DNA of 64,000 nt from contig MFNV01000002.1 in the NCBI GenBank assembly GCA_001782165.1, forward strand, positions 81,002 to 145,001, written 5' to 3'. Positions 7,807 through 17,972 of this stretch are shown here, in pieces (position 1 is the first letter of the stretch; the number at the start of each line of letters is the position of its first letter). The DNA comes from Candidatus Levybacteria bacterium RIFCSPHIGHO2_01_FULL_41_15 (GTDB lineage: Bacteria; Patescibacteriota; Microgenomatia; Levybacterales; UBA12049). The notes under the pieces were generated by a model that saw only the letters and a program-made list of their open reading frames with translations, did no database searches and had not been told where the DNA came from. The position numbers and the translations under genes are program-made.

Positions 7807-10194
7807 CTATTTTATTAACTTTCTCTTGAAAGCAATATAATCTTTTTTTTCGTATAAAATCTCAAATCTGGTGTCTTGTTTTAATTTTTCCGCTAATTCT
7901 TTTTGCGCCTCAAGAGAGGGTTGGGCAAAGGGATCGTTAAGAAGAAAAACTACATAATCTGCCTCCCCTACTCCAATTGGAATAGTAAAAATTTTTTGCC
8001 TTTGGGACAAATGAGAACCAAGATTGTTGGTTGCCGCTACACTTGCCTGTCTTGGAATTTTTTCCAATACATTTTCTATCTCGTCCCTTTCGGTAAGCTG
8101 GTTTGTAAAGACAGCTATATTTGCTTTTTTGGAAAATGGAAGCGGTCCCAAAAGATAAGAAGAATAGACTGCAAATAAAATAAGATAGAGGCCAAAAATC
8201 CGAGTGGGAATTTTTTGGAATTTTTTCATAATAAATCTAACACTGTAGATGGAAGAAATAAATAAGAATGGAACTATAGTTGAATTGTAATGATAGTAAA
8301 TTTCTCTTAACTGGGAATTTGCGCTTAATAGATTTATAAAAAAATCAGGAAGGGCAAAGAGAATAAATGGACTTAAGAACGGTAAGAATCCCAAGTTTAG
8401 AGTCAATGTATATAAATAATAAAATGGATTTCCCTGAAGAATCAGCGAGACTGTTTTTATGGGCGAGAAAATAAAATTGCCGATTATACTAGAGGGAGAA
8501 TCCCCCAGCTCTGAATAGTAAGATAATGCAAAATGCTCCGAGCCTTTAACAGCAGGAATTATCCTTGCAACAAGAAGGTAAAAAATCAAAAAAGAGATTA
8601 AAGCTAATAGACCACCAATCCACTTTCTTTTCCCTTTTATAAAAAGGTAAGTTCCAAAGATTCCCGCGATAGGCCAAACGTTCTCTTTAGAAAGAACAGC
8701 AAGAAATAGAAAAGATAAAAATGGAATTAATCTTTTTTTTACCATAAGATAAAAAGCTCCAAGAAGTAGAGTCGTTGAAATTGTTACCGGATGAAAATCA
8801 TAGAGGTTAGCATGCTGAATGTGCGGATTAAAAAGATATGCAACGGAAAAGATAAGTGAAAGATTTTTATTTTTTAAAACCTCTTTTGATATCAAAAAAA
8901 TAAACAGTGCTCCAAATGCCAAAACTATGGATTGAAGCACAAGTAGCATCTTTGGATGCGACCAGATAAGATAAAGAGGAGAAATTAAGATTAATATAAA
9001 ATCTGAATGAAAGGAAAGACGTGAAATTATATTCGTTCCGTCCGGATTTGTAAACTGAAAAATTCTTCCGTTTATGGTATTCCAGACCGTCTGATCCATA
9101 TTCCCCAAATCAAATCTTCCCGTAAAAAAATTATCGTAACGAAGGAAACTTACCGATGTGAAATAAAATATATAGCCAAATATTAAAATACAAAGAATCG
9201 CTTCTCTTAAGTTTCTTTCTAAAAAATTCTCTGCTTTTAGAAAAAATTTGTTTTTTATGTTTCTTAAACCAGCTACAATCAGAACAAATAAAACTTCCGA
9301 GATAATTAATACAATTCTTGCAAATATCGAGGACAATCCTGCTATTTCAAGAGGAATAAGCTTGGCAAGTCCATATGTTATAAACCCTTCCCTTACTCCC
9401 AAGCCCATCGGAGCAATAACGGACAAAAAACTTACAAGGAAAGAAAGAGCGAAAAAACCGGTTAAGTATAGGCTTTTGTCAACCGGAAGATAGACAATTG
9501 AGGAAACTGCAAGATATGATGCGAAGGAAAAGGCAAAAAAAGAGGCGGAGGAGATGAAAACAAGAATAAAGTTTTCATATGGGTTAAATCTGGGAAGAAC
9601 AAGAAAAATATAATTAAACGGCTTGGGAAGATTAACTTTCCTGATTATTTTTTTGTTGAAGATATAGAGAGTTGTAAGAATAAGGGCCAATAAGATAATT
9701 AAAAAAGAAAAGATGCTGTTTTTAACAAGAGTTAAATATTGAAAAACAAAAGGAATCGAGAATAAAGAAATAATAAAAGCACCTGTGGCAATTAGACTGA
9801 TCTCCGAAAGAATCATACTCGCAATCGTTTCCTTATCTACTCCTTTTTTTGAGAAAGAAACGGTTTTGCCTAAATAGGACCAGATAAATCCCGGAACAAA
9901 TCTTCTAAACTCTGCCATGGTCCAGAGATATGAGGTTTCCTTAAAGGGGATGTTGTATCCATTGAAGATTAATAACTTTTGCCACGTTAGGGCTCTTAGA
10001 AAGAAAAATATAAGAAAGAAAAAAAATGAAGGAATAAGAAGGAATAAATTCGGAGTTATAAGGTAGGGAAAGACTTCATTAAAATTTGAGAATATTAGAT
10101 TCGTTAAGAAAACTAATGCGACAGCTGAAATTGGCCATCCCAAAAGGTATTTGAGACTTTTTAAGAAAACCTCCTTCCTTGATTTTTTATTCAT
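7807..10194 (-). CDS. large polytopic membrane protein: N-terminal flippase-like (UPF0104/LPG-synthase-TM-like) region fused to a DUF2079-like GT-C-type domain
   Basis: 795 aa, more than 20 predicted TM segments. C-terminal soluble tail ...[27 protein letters not shown]... resembles DUF2079 termini. Confidence 0.35.
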   Translation of the reverse strand: MNKKSRKEVFLKSLKYLLGWPISAVALVFLTNLIFSNFNEVFPYLITPNLFLLIPSFFFFLIFFFLRALTWQKLLIFNGYNIPFKETSYLWTMAEFRRFVPGFIWSYLGKTVSFSKKGVDKETIASMILSEISLIATGAFIISLFSIPFVFQYLTLVKNSIFSFLIILLALILTTLYIFNKKIIRKVNLPKPFNYIFLVLPRFNPYENFILVFISSASFFAFSFASYLAVSSIVYLPVDKSLYLTGFFALSFLVSFLSVIAPMGLGVREGFITYGLAKLIPLEIAGLSSIFARIVLIISEVLFVLIVAGLRNIKNKFFLKAENFLERNLREAILCILIFGYIFYFTSVSFLRYDNFFTGRFDLGNMDQTVWNTINGRIFQFTNPDGTNIISRLSFHSDFILILISPLYLIWSHPKMLLVLQSIVLAFGALFIFLISKEVLKNKNLSLIFSVAYLFNPHIQHANLYDFHPVTISTTLLLGAFYLMVKKRLIPFLSFLFLAVLSKENVWPIAGIFGTYLFIKGKRKWIGGLLALISFLIFYLLVARIIPAVKGSEHFALSYYSELGDSPSSIIGNFIFSPIKTVSLILQGNPFYYLYTLTLNLGFLPFLSPFILFALPDFFINLLSANSQLREIYYHYNSTIVPFLFISSIYSVRFIMKKFQKIPTRIFGLYLILFAVYSSYLLGPLPFSKKANIAVFTNQLTERDEIENVLEKIPRQASVAATNNLGSHLSQRQKIFTIPIGVGEADYVVFLLNDPFAQPSLEAQKELAEKLKQDTRFEILYEKKDYIAFKRKLIK

Positions 10195-11380
10195 ATCGCA
10201 AGGCTTCGATTGGAGAAAGTTTCGAGGCTCTTATAGCAGGAGCCATTCCAAATACAACTCCTACTATAACAGAAAATCCAAAAGCGATAAATACAGACCA
10301 TATTGTAACTTGAGATACCAAAAGTCTTGCAAGGATCAATGATCCTGTTATGCCTAGCATTATGCCGATTACTCCTCCTGTTAAGGAAAGAATAACTGCC
10401 TCAAGAAGAAATTGCTTTAATATATCAGCTCTTCTTGCGCCAAGTGCTTTTCTAAGACCTATTTCACGGGTTCTTTCTGTAACTGAAACAAGCATTATGT
10501 TTGCAACACCGATGCCTCCAACTAGAAGGGAAATTGCCGCAATGCCGCCCAAAGCAAGCGATAAAATATTAGTTACATTGGTGACAATTTCAAGACTTGA
10601 TTCTGCAGTTTGTATAGTGAATTCATCTTTGGTCAACCGTTTAAGAAGAACACTGCTAATCTGGTCTTTTATAAATGGAATTTGAGATTCGTTGTTTGCC
10701 GAGATATAAATAGCATTGACTTGATTTACGCCAAACTGCCTTTTAGCCGAAGATAAAGGAATTATGACAGTATTGTCCTGATCGATTCCAAAAATTGCTC
10801 CGCGTTTCTTTAAAACACCGATGACAGTGTAAATGTTGTTTCCTATAAAAAATCTTTTGCCGACAGGTTCCTCAAGTTCAAATAGGTTATTTTTAACGGT
10901 CTGTCCTATTACGGCAACTTTTGCACCTGATAACTCCTGGCTTTGGGAAAAATATCTTCCATGCTCAACGACCGCGTTCTTGACAGTCTTAGTATAATTT
11001 GCAGTTGTCCCAAGTATAGATGTTTCCTCGTCATCTTTGTTTTGATACTTTGCAGTTGTTATTTGCTGAATGACAGGTGCAATGTCGGCCACATTCTTTA
11101 ACTTTACCGAAAGATTTTGGGAATCTTGGATCAGAAGTTTATTTACCATAACTCCTCCGGGGGTTCTTGCGCCTCCTAGTCTTCCGGGAATTATAAATAT
11201 TAAATTTGACCCAAATCCCTGTATCTGATTTGTTATATACGTCTGAAGCCCTGAAGCAATTGAAACCAGAAGAATAATTGCAAATACGCCTATTACAATT
11301 CCTAAAGTTGTTAAAAAACTTCGAAGCTTATTTGCCAATAGCGCTCTCCATGACAGTTTTAGAAGTTCGTTTAAGTCCAT
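10187..11380 (-). CDS. ABC transporter permease, MacB/FtsX family
   Basis: N-terminal TM, large periplasmic MacB_PCD-like domain, then C-terminal FtsX 3-TM bundle ([27 protein letters not shown]). 397 aa. Confidence 0.85.
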   Translation of the reverse strand: MDLNELLKLSWRALLANKLRSFLTTLGIVIGVFAIILLVSIASGLQTYITNQIQGFGSNLIFIIPGRLGGARTPGGVMVNKLLIQDSQNLSVKLKNVADIAPVIQQITTAKYQNKDDEETSILGTTANYTKTVKNAVVEHGRYFSQSQELSGAKVAVIGQTVKNNLFELEEPVGKRFFIGNNIYTVIGVLKKRGAIFGIDQDNTVIIPLSSAKRQFGVNQVNAIYISANNESQIPFIKDQISSVLLKRLTKDEFTIQTAESSLEIVTNVTNILSLALGGIAAISLLVGGIGVANIMLVSVTERTREIGLRKALGARRADILKQFLLEAVILSLTGGVIGIMLGITGSLILARLLVSQVTIWSVFIAFGFSVIVGVVFGMAPAIRASKLSPIEALRYE

Positions 11381-11382
11381 GT

Positions 11383-12057
11383 TTAGCTAATTTTTCCGTC
11401 AATAAGTTCAATAACTCTTTTTGCGTGTTTTGCGATATCTCTTTCGTGCGTTATGAGGATAATTGTTTTCCCTTCTCTATTCAATTTTTTTAACAAGCGC
11501 ATAACATCCTGTCCTGATTTTATATCCAGGTTTCCTGTTGGTTCGTCGGCCAAAATTAAATCGGGATTATTCATTAAGGCTCTTGCAATCGCAACTCTCT
11601 GTTGCTGTCCTCCTGAAAGCCGATTCGGTCTTTTGCTCTCTTGTTCAAGAAGGTCGAGTTTCAAAAGCAAGTTTCTTCCTTTTTCTTCCCTTGTTTTTTT
11701 ATCGACGCCGGCATAAATCCCTGGAAGGATAACATTTTCTAAAACCGTAGAACGAGGAAGAAGATTAAAGGATTGAAATACAAAACCTATTTTTCTGTTT
11801 CTTAGATCCGACAGTTCATCTTCTTTAAACTTTAAAACATCTGCTTCTTCAAGGATATATGAACCGTTTGTTGGAGTATCCAAAAGTCCGATAAGGTTCA
11901 TGAGGGTGGATTTTCCGGATCCCGACCTTCCTGTTATGGCGATAAACTCTCCCCGTTTTACCTTAAGGTAGATCCCCTTCAATACTTTTGTGACAACGTC
12001 ACCTATCACATAATCTTTGGTTATATTTATGAGATTTATTAACTCTTGATCTTTCAT
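11383..12057 (-). CDS. ABC transporter ATP-binding protein (MacB/LolD-type)
   Basis: Walker [13 protein letters not shown] signature [15 protein letters not shown], Walker [14 protein letters not shown]-loop ITHE. Confidence 0.95.
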   Translation of the reverse strand: MKDQELINLINITKDYVIGDVVTKVLKGIYLKVKRGEFIAITGRSGSGKSTLMNLIGLLDTPTNGSYILEEADVLKFKEDELSDLRNRKIGFVFQSFNLLPRSTVLENVILPGIYAGVDKKTREEKGRNLLLKLDLLEQESKRPNRLSGGQQQRVAIARALMNNPDLILADEPTGNLDIKSGQDVMRLLKKLNREGKTIILITHERDIAKHAKRVIELIDGKIS

Positions 12058-12065
12058 CTCTCACT

Positions 12066-13169
12066 TTAACGTCTTAAGAATCTTCTCAAAAATGGGATTC
12101 TCAAATCCCCTTGTTTTGGTATTGAGCTTATATCGCTTGCAATTGTGTCGTTTTCTGACAGCCCTTCTGTAATTTCTGCTCTTGTATCGCTCTGAAGTCC
12201 TAGTTTTACTTTTTTTTGCGAGAACCCGGATTCTGTTTTTACATATACATTATCGTCTTCAATGGCCGATAAAGGAACTGATAAAACATTATTTTTTTCG
12301 CTTATGATAATTTCGGCATTTCCATTCATCCCAACCCGATATTTGTAATCTTTGTAATCAGGAGGTATCGGTATCTTTGCCGATACGGTGAAAGCATCAC
12401 CTCCCGTTGATGTGGTATGAGATACGTAATCGATGCCATCAATAGTTAAAGCAAGTGTTTCATCGGGATAGGAATCGAGAACTACTCTTACTGATTGTCC
12501 TACTTTTACTTTTCCTATATCCGCCTGGTCTACGTCCATCTCAAAATTTAACGAATTTAAATCTGTTACCATAAATGTCGTTGTTGTTGAAATATTTATA
12601 CCTTGGGTTTCTGCATCTGCTTTTGTAATCACTCCTGATATTGGAGTTATAAGAGCAGACTCTTCTCTAGCAAGATCTGCAAGTTCAACCGACTTTACGG
12701 ATTTATCAAGATCATATTGATTATTTTGAAGAATTCTTCTCATGCTTTCATTTAATGCACCCTCGATGGTTCTATTTTGATTATTTTCTTTTGTTTGGTC
12801 AAAGGTAAGTCTCTGTTTTGAATAATCAATGAGCGCAATTTCTAAATTTTTCTGCACAGTTCGCTCGTCCAACGCTCCGATTGTCTGATTGGCATAAACA
12901 TAGTCCCCCTTTTTAACCCCCAAATAAACCAGCTTTCCTGAGACCCTAAAGCTTAAATTTACCGTGTTACTAGAGTCAACGCTGCCTGTAATAGAGATTG
13001 TTTGAGAAATATTTTCTTTTCTTACTTTTTCTGTGGCAACCGGAGTCTGTTCTCCGGGCTTAAAGACAAATAAAATTACTATAAGGGCTAGTAAAATAAC
13101 AAATGAAATTATTTTATGGATTTTTACAAATTGGATCGCAAAATCAACCCATTTTCTAAAATTCTTCAT
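12066..13169 (-). CDS. efflux periplasmic adaptor / HlyD-family protein (MacA-like)
   Basis: N-terminal TM anchor, biotinyl-lipoyl-like (VKKGDYVYANQTIGAL) and beta-barrel segments. Operon with the ABC ATPase and permease. Confidence 0.7.
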   Translation of the reverse strand: MKNFRKWVDFAIQFVKIHKIISFVILLALIVILFVFKPGEQTPVATEKVRKENISQTISITGSVDSSNTVNLSFRVSGKLVYLGVKKGDYVYANQTIGALDERTVQKNLEIALIDYSKQRLTFDQTKENNQNRTIEGALNESMRRILQNNQYDLDKSVKSVELADLAREESALITPISGVITKADAETQGINISTTTTFMVTDLNSLNFEMDVDQADIGKVKVGQSVRVVLDSYPDETLALTIDGIDYVSHTTSTGGDAFTVSAKIPIPPDYKDYKYRVGMNGNAEIIISEKNNVLSVPLSAIEDDNVYVKTESGFSQKKVKLGLQSDTRAEITEGLSENDTIASDISSIPKQGDLRIPFLRRFLRR

Positions 13170-13241
13170 AACGTAACTGAAGATTATACCACAGAAGGAA
13201 TAATAGTGCTATGGGATACGAAGTTTATGATAAATTTTTTG

Positions 13242-13314
13242 CGCGCCTGAAGGGAGTCGAACCCCCAACCCCTTCGTCCGAAGCGAAGTGCTCTATCCAT
13301 TGAGCTACAGGCGC
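13242..13314 (-). tRNA. tRNA-Arg(TCG)
   Basis: rc: GCGCCTG/TA/GCTC-AATGGAT-AGAGC/A/CTTCG-CTTCGGA-CGAAG/GGGTT/GGGGG-TTCGACT-CCCTT/CAGGCGC/G. Anticodon UCG. Body is nearly identical to the Arg(TCT) gene at 1347. Confidence 0.85.
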
Positions 13315-13368
13315 ACGGTTTACACTGAGCGATTCGGTTGAGCTCATCGTCGAAGCCTTGCCGAAGTG

Positions 13369-13441
13369 TGAGCCGCCGGCGAGTCGAACGCCGAACCGAT
13401 TCCTTAAGAGGGAATTGCTCTGCCAGTTGAGCTAGCGGCCC
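13369..13441 (-). tRNA. tRNA-Lys(CTT)
   Basis: rc: GGGCCGC/TA/GCTC-AACTGGC-AGAGC/A/ATTCC-CTCTTAA-GGAAT/CGGTT/CGGCG-TTCGACT-CGCCG/GCGGCTC/A. Anticodon CUU. Confidence 0.85.
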
Positions 13442-13450
13442 GTCCGCTAA

Positions 13451-13479
13451 ATTATACTATAAGAGCTATATCATAACAA
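13451..13479 (-). promoter_or_regulatory. sigma70-like promoter (TTGTTA-17-TATAAT) for the tRNA-Lys/tRNA-Arg pair
   Basis: On the minus strand TTGTTAtgatatagctcttatagTATAATttagcggac immediately precedes tRNA-Lys G1. TSS predicted within a few nt of the mature 5' end. Confidence 0.45.
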
Positions 13480-13509
13480 CATTTACCTTCCTTCATATCC
13501 GACTACAAT

Positions 13510-13672
13510 CATTTTGTTAATCAGGTAGCGAAGTTGTTTCACCTTTAAGGTGACGAGCAAAACAGGTAGCGAGGCTATTTTAGTACCGTAGACTGTTCTA
13601 CTGTACAAAAACACGGGTAGCGAGACTTAAGACAGTGAAGCTGTTTCACCTCAAGGTGTTGGAATATAAAAC
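13510..13672. repeat. three imperfect direct repeats (41 and 51 bp apart), each with core CRGGTAGCGAR followed by a hairpin
   Basis: Cores at about 13522 (CAGGTAGCGAAG), 13563 (CAGGTAGCGAGG) and 13614 (CGGGTAGCGAGA). Hairpins: TCACC-TTTAA-GGTGA; GTACCGTAGA-ctgt-TCTACTGTAC; CACC-tcaa-GGTG. Confidence 0.5.
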
Positions 13673-13679
13673 GTTTAGC

Positions 13680-14345
13680 TTACCTTCGTAGTTTAATGTA
13701 GTTTTTAATCACTGATATAACATTATTAAGATCGCATGTCACAGATGCTCCGGCGTTTAAAAGTTCTTCCCTCGAGTGATTAGTTAGAACTCCAATTGGA
13801 ATAGCGCCAAATTCTTTTGCGATTTTCATATCCGCAGGGCTATCTGCAACAAAGATAGTTAAATTTGGTTTTCGTTCTTGGATTATCTGTCTAAAATGAT
13901 CAGCTTTTGAGCTGTTTCGACCACCAGTGCCCAATATTAAATCAAAATTGTGCGAAACACCGTTGAGATTTGCTAAATATTTAATTTCTTCTGTGGGAAT
14001 ACCGCTTGATATAAAAGTAAAATTAAAGTTAGTACGGGCAAATTTGAGAAGTTCCAGCGCCCCATCTAATAGCTTAACTTGCGGATAATATTTACTCTTC
14101 AATAAATTGCTGTATTCTGATTCAATAACTTCGTAGGTCTCATCTGCTAATTTCTTGCCAGAATGGTTTTCATAGAAATGATCAAATTTATATCTCCTTG
14201 AGGTTCCGCCTTTCTCCATCCAAAACCTTGATGCTTCATCTTTATCAACTCCCCATTCTCTATAAAGAAGTTCGCCGAATGCCGATGCTTTTTGAGGCTC
14301 AATATTAATAATTACTCCGTCATAATCTGTTCCAAAGATTTTCAT
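13680..14345 (-). CDS. HAD-superfamily hydrolase (phosphatase-like)
   Basis: N-terminal MKIFGTDYDGVI (DxDG nucleophile motif), later S/T and K/D-D motifs. 221 aa. Confidence 0.65.
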   Translation of the reverse strand: MKIFGTDYDGVIINIEPQKASAFGELLYREWGVDKDEASRFWMEKGGTSRRYKFDHFYENHSGKKLADETYEVIESEYSNLLKSKYYPQVKLLDGALELLKFARTNFNFTFISSGIPTEEIKYLANLNGVSHNFDLILGTGGRNSSKADHFRQIIQERKPNLTIFVADSPADMKIAKEFGAIPIGVLTNHSREELLNAGASVTCDLNNVISVIKNYIKLRR

Positions 14346-15016
14346 AGGAACTTATTTAAATTAAATGAGGTGCGGTGGATATCAGAGAGACCGTATTTTC
14401 TCATAGCCTTTTGATGATATTTGGTTCCATAACCTTTGTTACGGGAAAATCCGTATCCCGGATATTTTCTATTGAGTTTTTTCATTAATTTATCTCTATA
14501 AACCTTTGCAATAATTGATGCGGCGGCAATAGAAATGCTTTTTTGGTCACCTTTAATTATACCTTTTTGGTGGGAAAGCCCTACCCCGCGGATATAGCGG
14601 ATATGAAACCCGTCTGCTAAGACAAAAATAAGTGACCTGTTCTTCGCTTGGTTTGTTGTTCGCTTTATGGTAGCCATAATACATTTTCTCATTGCTTTTT
14701 GGGTTGCTTTTCCGATTCCAATTTTGTTTATCGTTGATATCCCTACTTTGGAAATAGCAAATGAGAGAACCTTTCTTTTTATTTCTTCTGAAAGAATCTT
14801 ACGGAGTTTTGGGGCAACAAGCTTTGAATCATTTATCTTTGAAAGTAGTCCGCCGTCAAGTTTATAGCCCTTTTTAAATATAACAGCGGCGGCAACAACT
14901 GGCCCTGCAAAGCATCCCCTTCCTACCTCATCCACCCCTATCACATAGACAATTCCTTTTCTCCACAGCTTTTTTTCCTCAGAAAAATTTGGAAATTTCA
15001 TAGAGTTATTATACAA
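14342..15016 (-). CDS. rnhB: ribonuclease HII
   Basis: VIGVDEVGRGCFAGPVVAAAVIF (DEVGRG active site), LADGFHI, SIAAASIIAKVYRD. Confidence 0.9.
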   Translation of the reverse strand: MYNNSMKFPNFSEEKKLWRKGIVYVIGVDEVGRGCFAGPVVAAAVIFKKGYKLDGGLLSKINDSKLVAPKLRKILSEEIKRKVLSFAISKVGISTINKIGIGKATQKAMRKCIMATIKRTTNQAKNRSLIFVLADGFHIRYIRGVGLSHQKGIIKGDQKSISIAAASIIAKVYRDKLMKKLNRKYPGYGFSRNKGYGTKYHQKAMRKYGLSDIHRTSFNLNKFL

Positions 15017-15040
15017 TTTTAATATTAATCTAAAAAATAC

Positions 15041-15445
15041 ATGAGGACAATCATAAGAAACATTGTTTTCTATTCATTTTCTTTATTCGCTCTGACTCAA
15101 ATTATTTCTGGAGTTAAAATTACAGGAGGAATTGAGACTTTTGTTTTGGGAGGAGCGGTATTGTCTATAATGTTTCTTATAATAAAACCAGTGCTTGACC
15201 TTATTGCTCTGCCTTTTAATTTACTTACGCTTGGAACGTTTTCTTTTCTTTCAAATACTGTGATTCTTTACCTTCTTACTCTTTTTGTTCCCGAAATTAA
15301 GGTAACGTCCTTTTTATTCAAAGGTTTTTCCTATTCAGGATTTATAATTCCCCGAACAGAAGTAAATCAAGTTTTTGCCCTTATAGTGTCAGGACTTACT
15401 CTATCTGCTATAATTACTTTCCTGACATGGTTAATAAGAAAATAG
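15041..15445 (+). CDS. small 4-TM membrane protein (DUF360/phage-holin-superfamily-IV-like)
   Basis: 134 aa, four hydrophobic helices, no enzymatic motif. Confidence 0.35.
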   Translation: MRTIIRNIVFYSFSLFALTQIISGVKITGGIETFVLGGAVLSIMFLIIKPVLDLIALPFNLLTLGTFSFLSNTVILYLLTLFVPEIKVTSFLFKGFSYSGFIIPRTEVNQVFALIVSGLTLSAIITFLTWLIRK

Positions 15446-16380
15446 TTTGTCTTGGAGGCGGGGTGGGAACTGCCAATCTCCTCCGTGGTATTAAGGAGTA
15501 TTTCAACGATATTACCGTAGTCGTTTCAATGGCGGATGACGGAGGCTCTGCGGGAAGATTAAGGCGATATTACAAAACTTTTCCCACGGGTGATATTATA
15601 AATTGTTTGATTGCGCTATCGGAAGCAGACCGTACATTAATAGATCTTCTTAAGTACAGGTTTAAAGGACGAAGATATGGCCCTGATAATTTACTGCCCG
15701 GACAAAAACTTGGAAATCTTATTCTTGTCGCCTTGAGTTCAATAAAAGAGGATTTCAACAAAGGGCTTTTGGAGATTCAAAGGATATTTAAGACAAAAGG
15801 TAAAATTTACCCTTCTACCACAACCCCAATATCCATCTGGGCAAAAACATCCACAGGCCATATCGTAACAAGGGAAGAGAATATAGATCTTGGCAGATTC
15901 AAGGGGCAGATCAAAAAGCTCTTTATAAGACCCAAGAATCCCGATGTAGATGAAAAGGTACGCAAGTCTATAAGAAACGCAGATATAATAATAGCAGGCC
16001 CTGGAGATCTTTATACTACAATTCTTCCCGTTCTTATGGTACCGTCCATCCTTGGGGATATCAAAAAATCAAATGCAGAAAAGTTATTTGTTGTAAATGT
16101 AGCGAATAAGCCGTTTGAAACACCAAGATACACAATAGAAGACTTTGCGCAGGCTATAAAAAAGCACTGCGGAGATATCATTTTTAATACCTTTTTGATA
16201 AATAATAACCAAAAGCCTGAAATCCCACAACAGTGGCGACATCAATATAAATATGTACCTCTTTTAAATGGGCAGAATAGGTACCCCTTCAAAGTAATCG
16301 AAGATGATGTGGTTTATGAAGGTTTTCCTCTCTATCACGATTCGGAAAAACTTGCAAAAGCAATTGCAAAGAATATATAA
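15427..16380 (+). CDS. YvcK/CofD-like protein (UPF0052; gluconeogenesis factor family)
   Basis: IVCLGGGVGTANLLRGIK and VVSMADDGGSAGRLRR...PTGDIINCLIAL match the UPF0052/CofD signature. Confidence 0.75.
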   Translation: MVNKKIVCLGGGVGTANLLRGIKEYFNDITVVVSMADDGGSAGRLRRYYKTFPTGDIINCLIALSEADRTLIDLLKYRFKGRRYGPDNLLPGQKLGNLILVALSSIKEDFNKGLLEIQRIFKTKGKIYPSTTTPISIWAKTSTGHIVTREENIDLGRFKGQIKKLFIRPKNPDVDEKVRKSIRNADIIIAGPGDLYTTILPVLMVPSILGDIKKSNAEKLFVVNVANKPFETPRYTIEDFAQAIKKHCGDIIFNTFLINNNQKPEIPQQWRHQYKYVPLLNGQNRYPFKVIEDDVVYEGFPLYHDSEKLAKAIAKNI

Positions 16381-16388
16381 TTTTATTT

Positions 16389-16601
16389 ATGTTTTTTATA
16401 AAATTTATCCAAATTATAATACCGATTGCTTTAATAGGAACAATACTTCTTCAAGTTCAGGGATCGGGGTTGTCAAGGACTTTCGGCGGAGGCGGAGAAT
16501 TTTATCGAAGCAAACAAAGTATAGAAAAAATATTGATTTGGGCAACCGTTGTTCTTGCTTTTTTGTTTGGACTCATATCTCTGCTTTTTTCCGCTAAATA
16601 A
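16389..16601 (+). CDS. secG: preprotein translocase subunit SecG
   Basis: 70 aa, two TM helices flanking LLQVQGSGLSRTFGGGGEF (SecG LLQ...GGG motif). Confidence 0.65.
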   Translation: MFFIKFIQIIIPIALIGTILLQVQGSGLSRTFGGGGEFYRSKQSIEKILIWATVVLAFLFGLISLLFSAK

Positions 16602-16616
16602 TATAAAATTGTTTTT

Positions 16617-17972
16617 ATGATCGTATTCAGACGGCGCCTGATTTTTTGGCTGATCAGAGCATATTTTAAGAAATGGGGAAAAACAATTCTTGTTTTCTTT
16701 ATACTTGGGCTTCTCGTATTTTTTGCGCTCAGATATTTTGTAAGAATAATACCTTCGGCTTTTCCTTTTCTTTCAAGAGAAACTGTGGGAATTGCGGGTA
16801 CATATACAATTAATGACCTTCCTCCCTCAATTTTTTACAAAATTTCAAGAGGGCTTACATTTGTTGACAAAGGTAGCGTCGTAAGACCCGATATTGCAAA
16901 AAGCTGGAAAATCGGGAACAATGGAAAGGAGTACACGTTTTATTTAAAAAATAATATCTACTTTGCAGACGGAACTCATTTTACATCAAAATATATAAAC
17001 TACAACTTCAAAGATACGCAGGTTAAAAGGCCCGATGACTATACGATTACCTTCGTCCTTAAAGAACCATACTCGCCTTTTCCTGTCACAGTAGCAAGAC
17101 CTATTTTTAAAAAGGGATTTGTCGGTGTAGGAGATTATCGGGTTAAATATATAAAATTTAATGGAGATTTTGTATCCTCTATTGATCTTGTGTCAAATTT
17201 TGAACCACCTCATATTATAAGATATCAATTTTTTCCTACTGAGGAGGCTTTAAAAATGGGCTTTGTTGTGGGTGATGTTTCAAGAGCTTTAGGAATTCAT
17301 GACCCCTTGTTTAAAGGAAAAAAATTAACTTCATTCAAGTCTGTAAAATCCTCAAGATCACTTGATGAGAAAAAACTGGTGACAGTTTTCTATAATACAA
17401 AAGATCCCACTCTTTCTGATAAAAGGGTGCGGGAAGCTTTTTTTTATGCAATGCCCGATGCTTTTGAGGATGGAGAACGGAATTCTTCCCCCTTTTCCCC
17501 AAGTTCATGGGCAAGTACGGGAACCAAAATTTCTCTTCAGGATTTAGTGCATGCCAGGGAACTCATATCTTCCTCGGAATCCGCATCGAAATCCTCAGGT
17601 CTTACATTTACGCTTAAGACTCTCCCCCAGCACAGAAAAACCGCAAATATTATTAAAGAGAACTTCAAAAAAATTAATGCCATTCTTAAAATTGAGGAAG
17701 TTGATTCAGTTCCATCTCAATTCCAACTTTTTTTGGGAGATTACAACCTGCCCAAAGATCCCGATCAGTATACCTTATGGCACTCAGAACAAACAAGTAA
17801 TATAACGGGGTACAAGAATCTTAGAATTGATAAGCTTCTTGAAGACGGCAGAAGAGTCTCTGACATTAACGAAAGGAAGAAAATTTACACTGATTTTGAA
17901 AAGTATCTTCTTGATGATCCGCCGGCTTCTTTTCTCTATCTTCCCTATACTTATACTATTTTCAGAGACTAG
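16617..17972 (+). CDS. extracellular solute-binding protein, family 5-like (peptide/nickel SBP fold), membrane-anchored
   Basis: N-terminal TM, then VRPDIAKSWKIGNNGKEYTFYLKNNIYFADGTHFTS (SBP_bac_5 signature region). No cognate permease nearby. Confidence 0.55.
   Translation: MIVFRRRLIFWLIRAYFKKWGKTILVFFILGLLVFFALRYFVRIIPSAFPFLSRETVGIAGTYTINDLPPSIFYKISRGLTFVDKGSVVRPDIAKSWKIGNNGKEYTFYLKNNIYFADGTHFTSKYINYNFKDTQVKRPDDYTITFVLKEPYSPFPVTVARPIFKKGFVGVGDYRVKYIKFNGDFVSSIDLVSNFEPPHIIRYQFFPTEEALKMGFVVGDVSRALGIHDPLFKGKKLTSFKSVKSSRSLDEKKLVTVFYNTKDPTLSDKRVREAFFYAMPDAFEDGERNSSPFSPSSWASTGTKISLQDLVHARELISSSESASKSSGLTFTLKTLPQHRKTANIIKENFKKINAILKIEEVDSVPSQFQLFLGDYNLPKDPDQYTLWHSEQTSNITGYKNLRIDKLLEDGRRVSDINERKKIYTDFEKYLLDDPPASFLYLPYTYTIFRD

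Noticed and set aside
13510-13672. Direct repeats considered as a CRISPR array
   Set aside because: Only three imperfect copies, with unequal spacing (41 and 51 bp), and the units differ in their hairpin parts. No cas genes in the window.
16304-16597. 97-aa plus-strand ORF
   Set aside because: Out-of-frame overlap with the yvcK-like 3' end and secG. secG in the other frame has the conserved motif.
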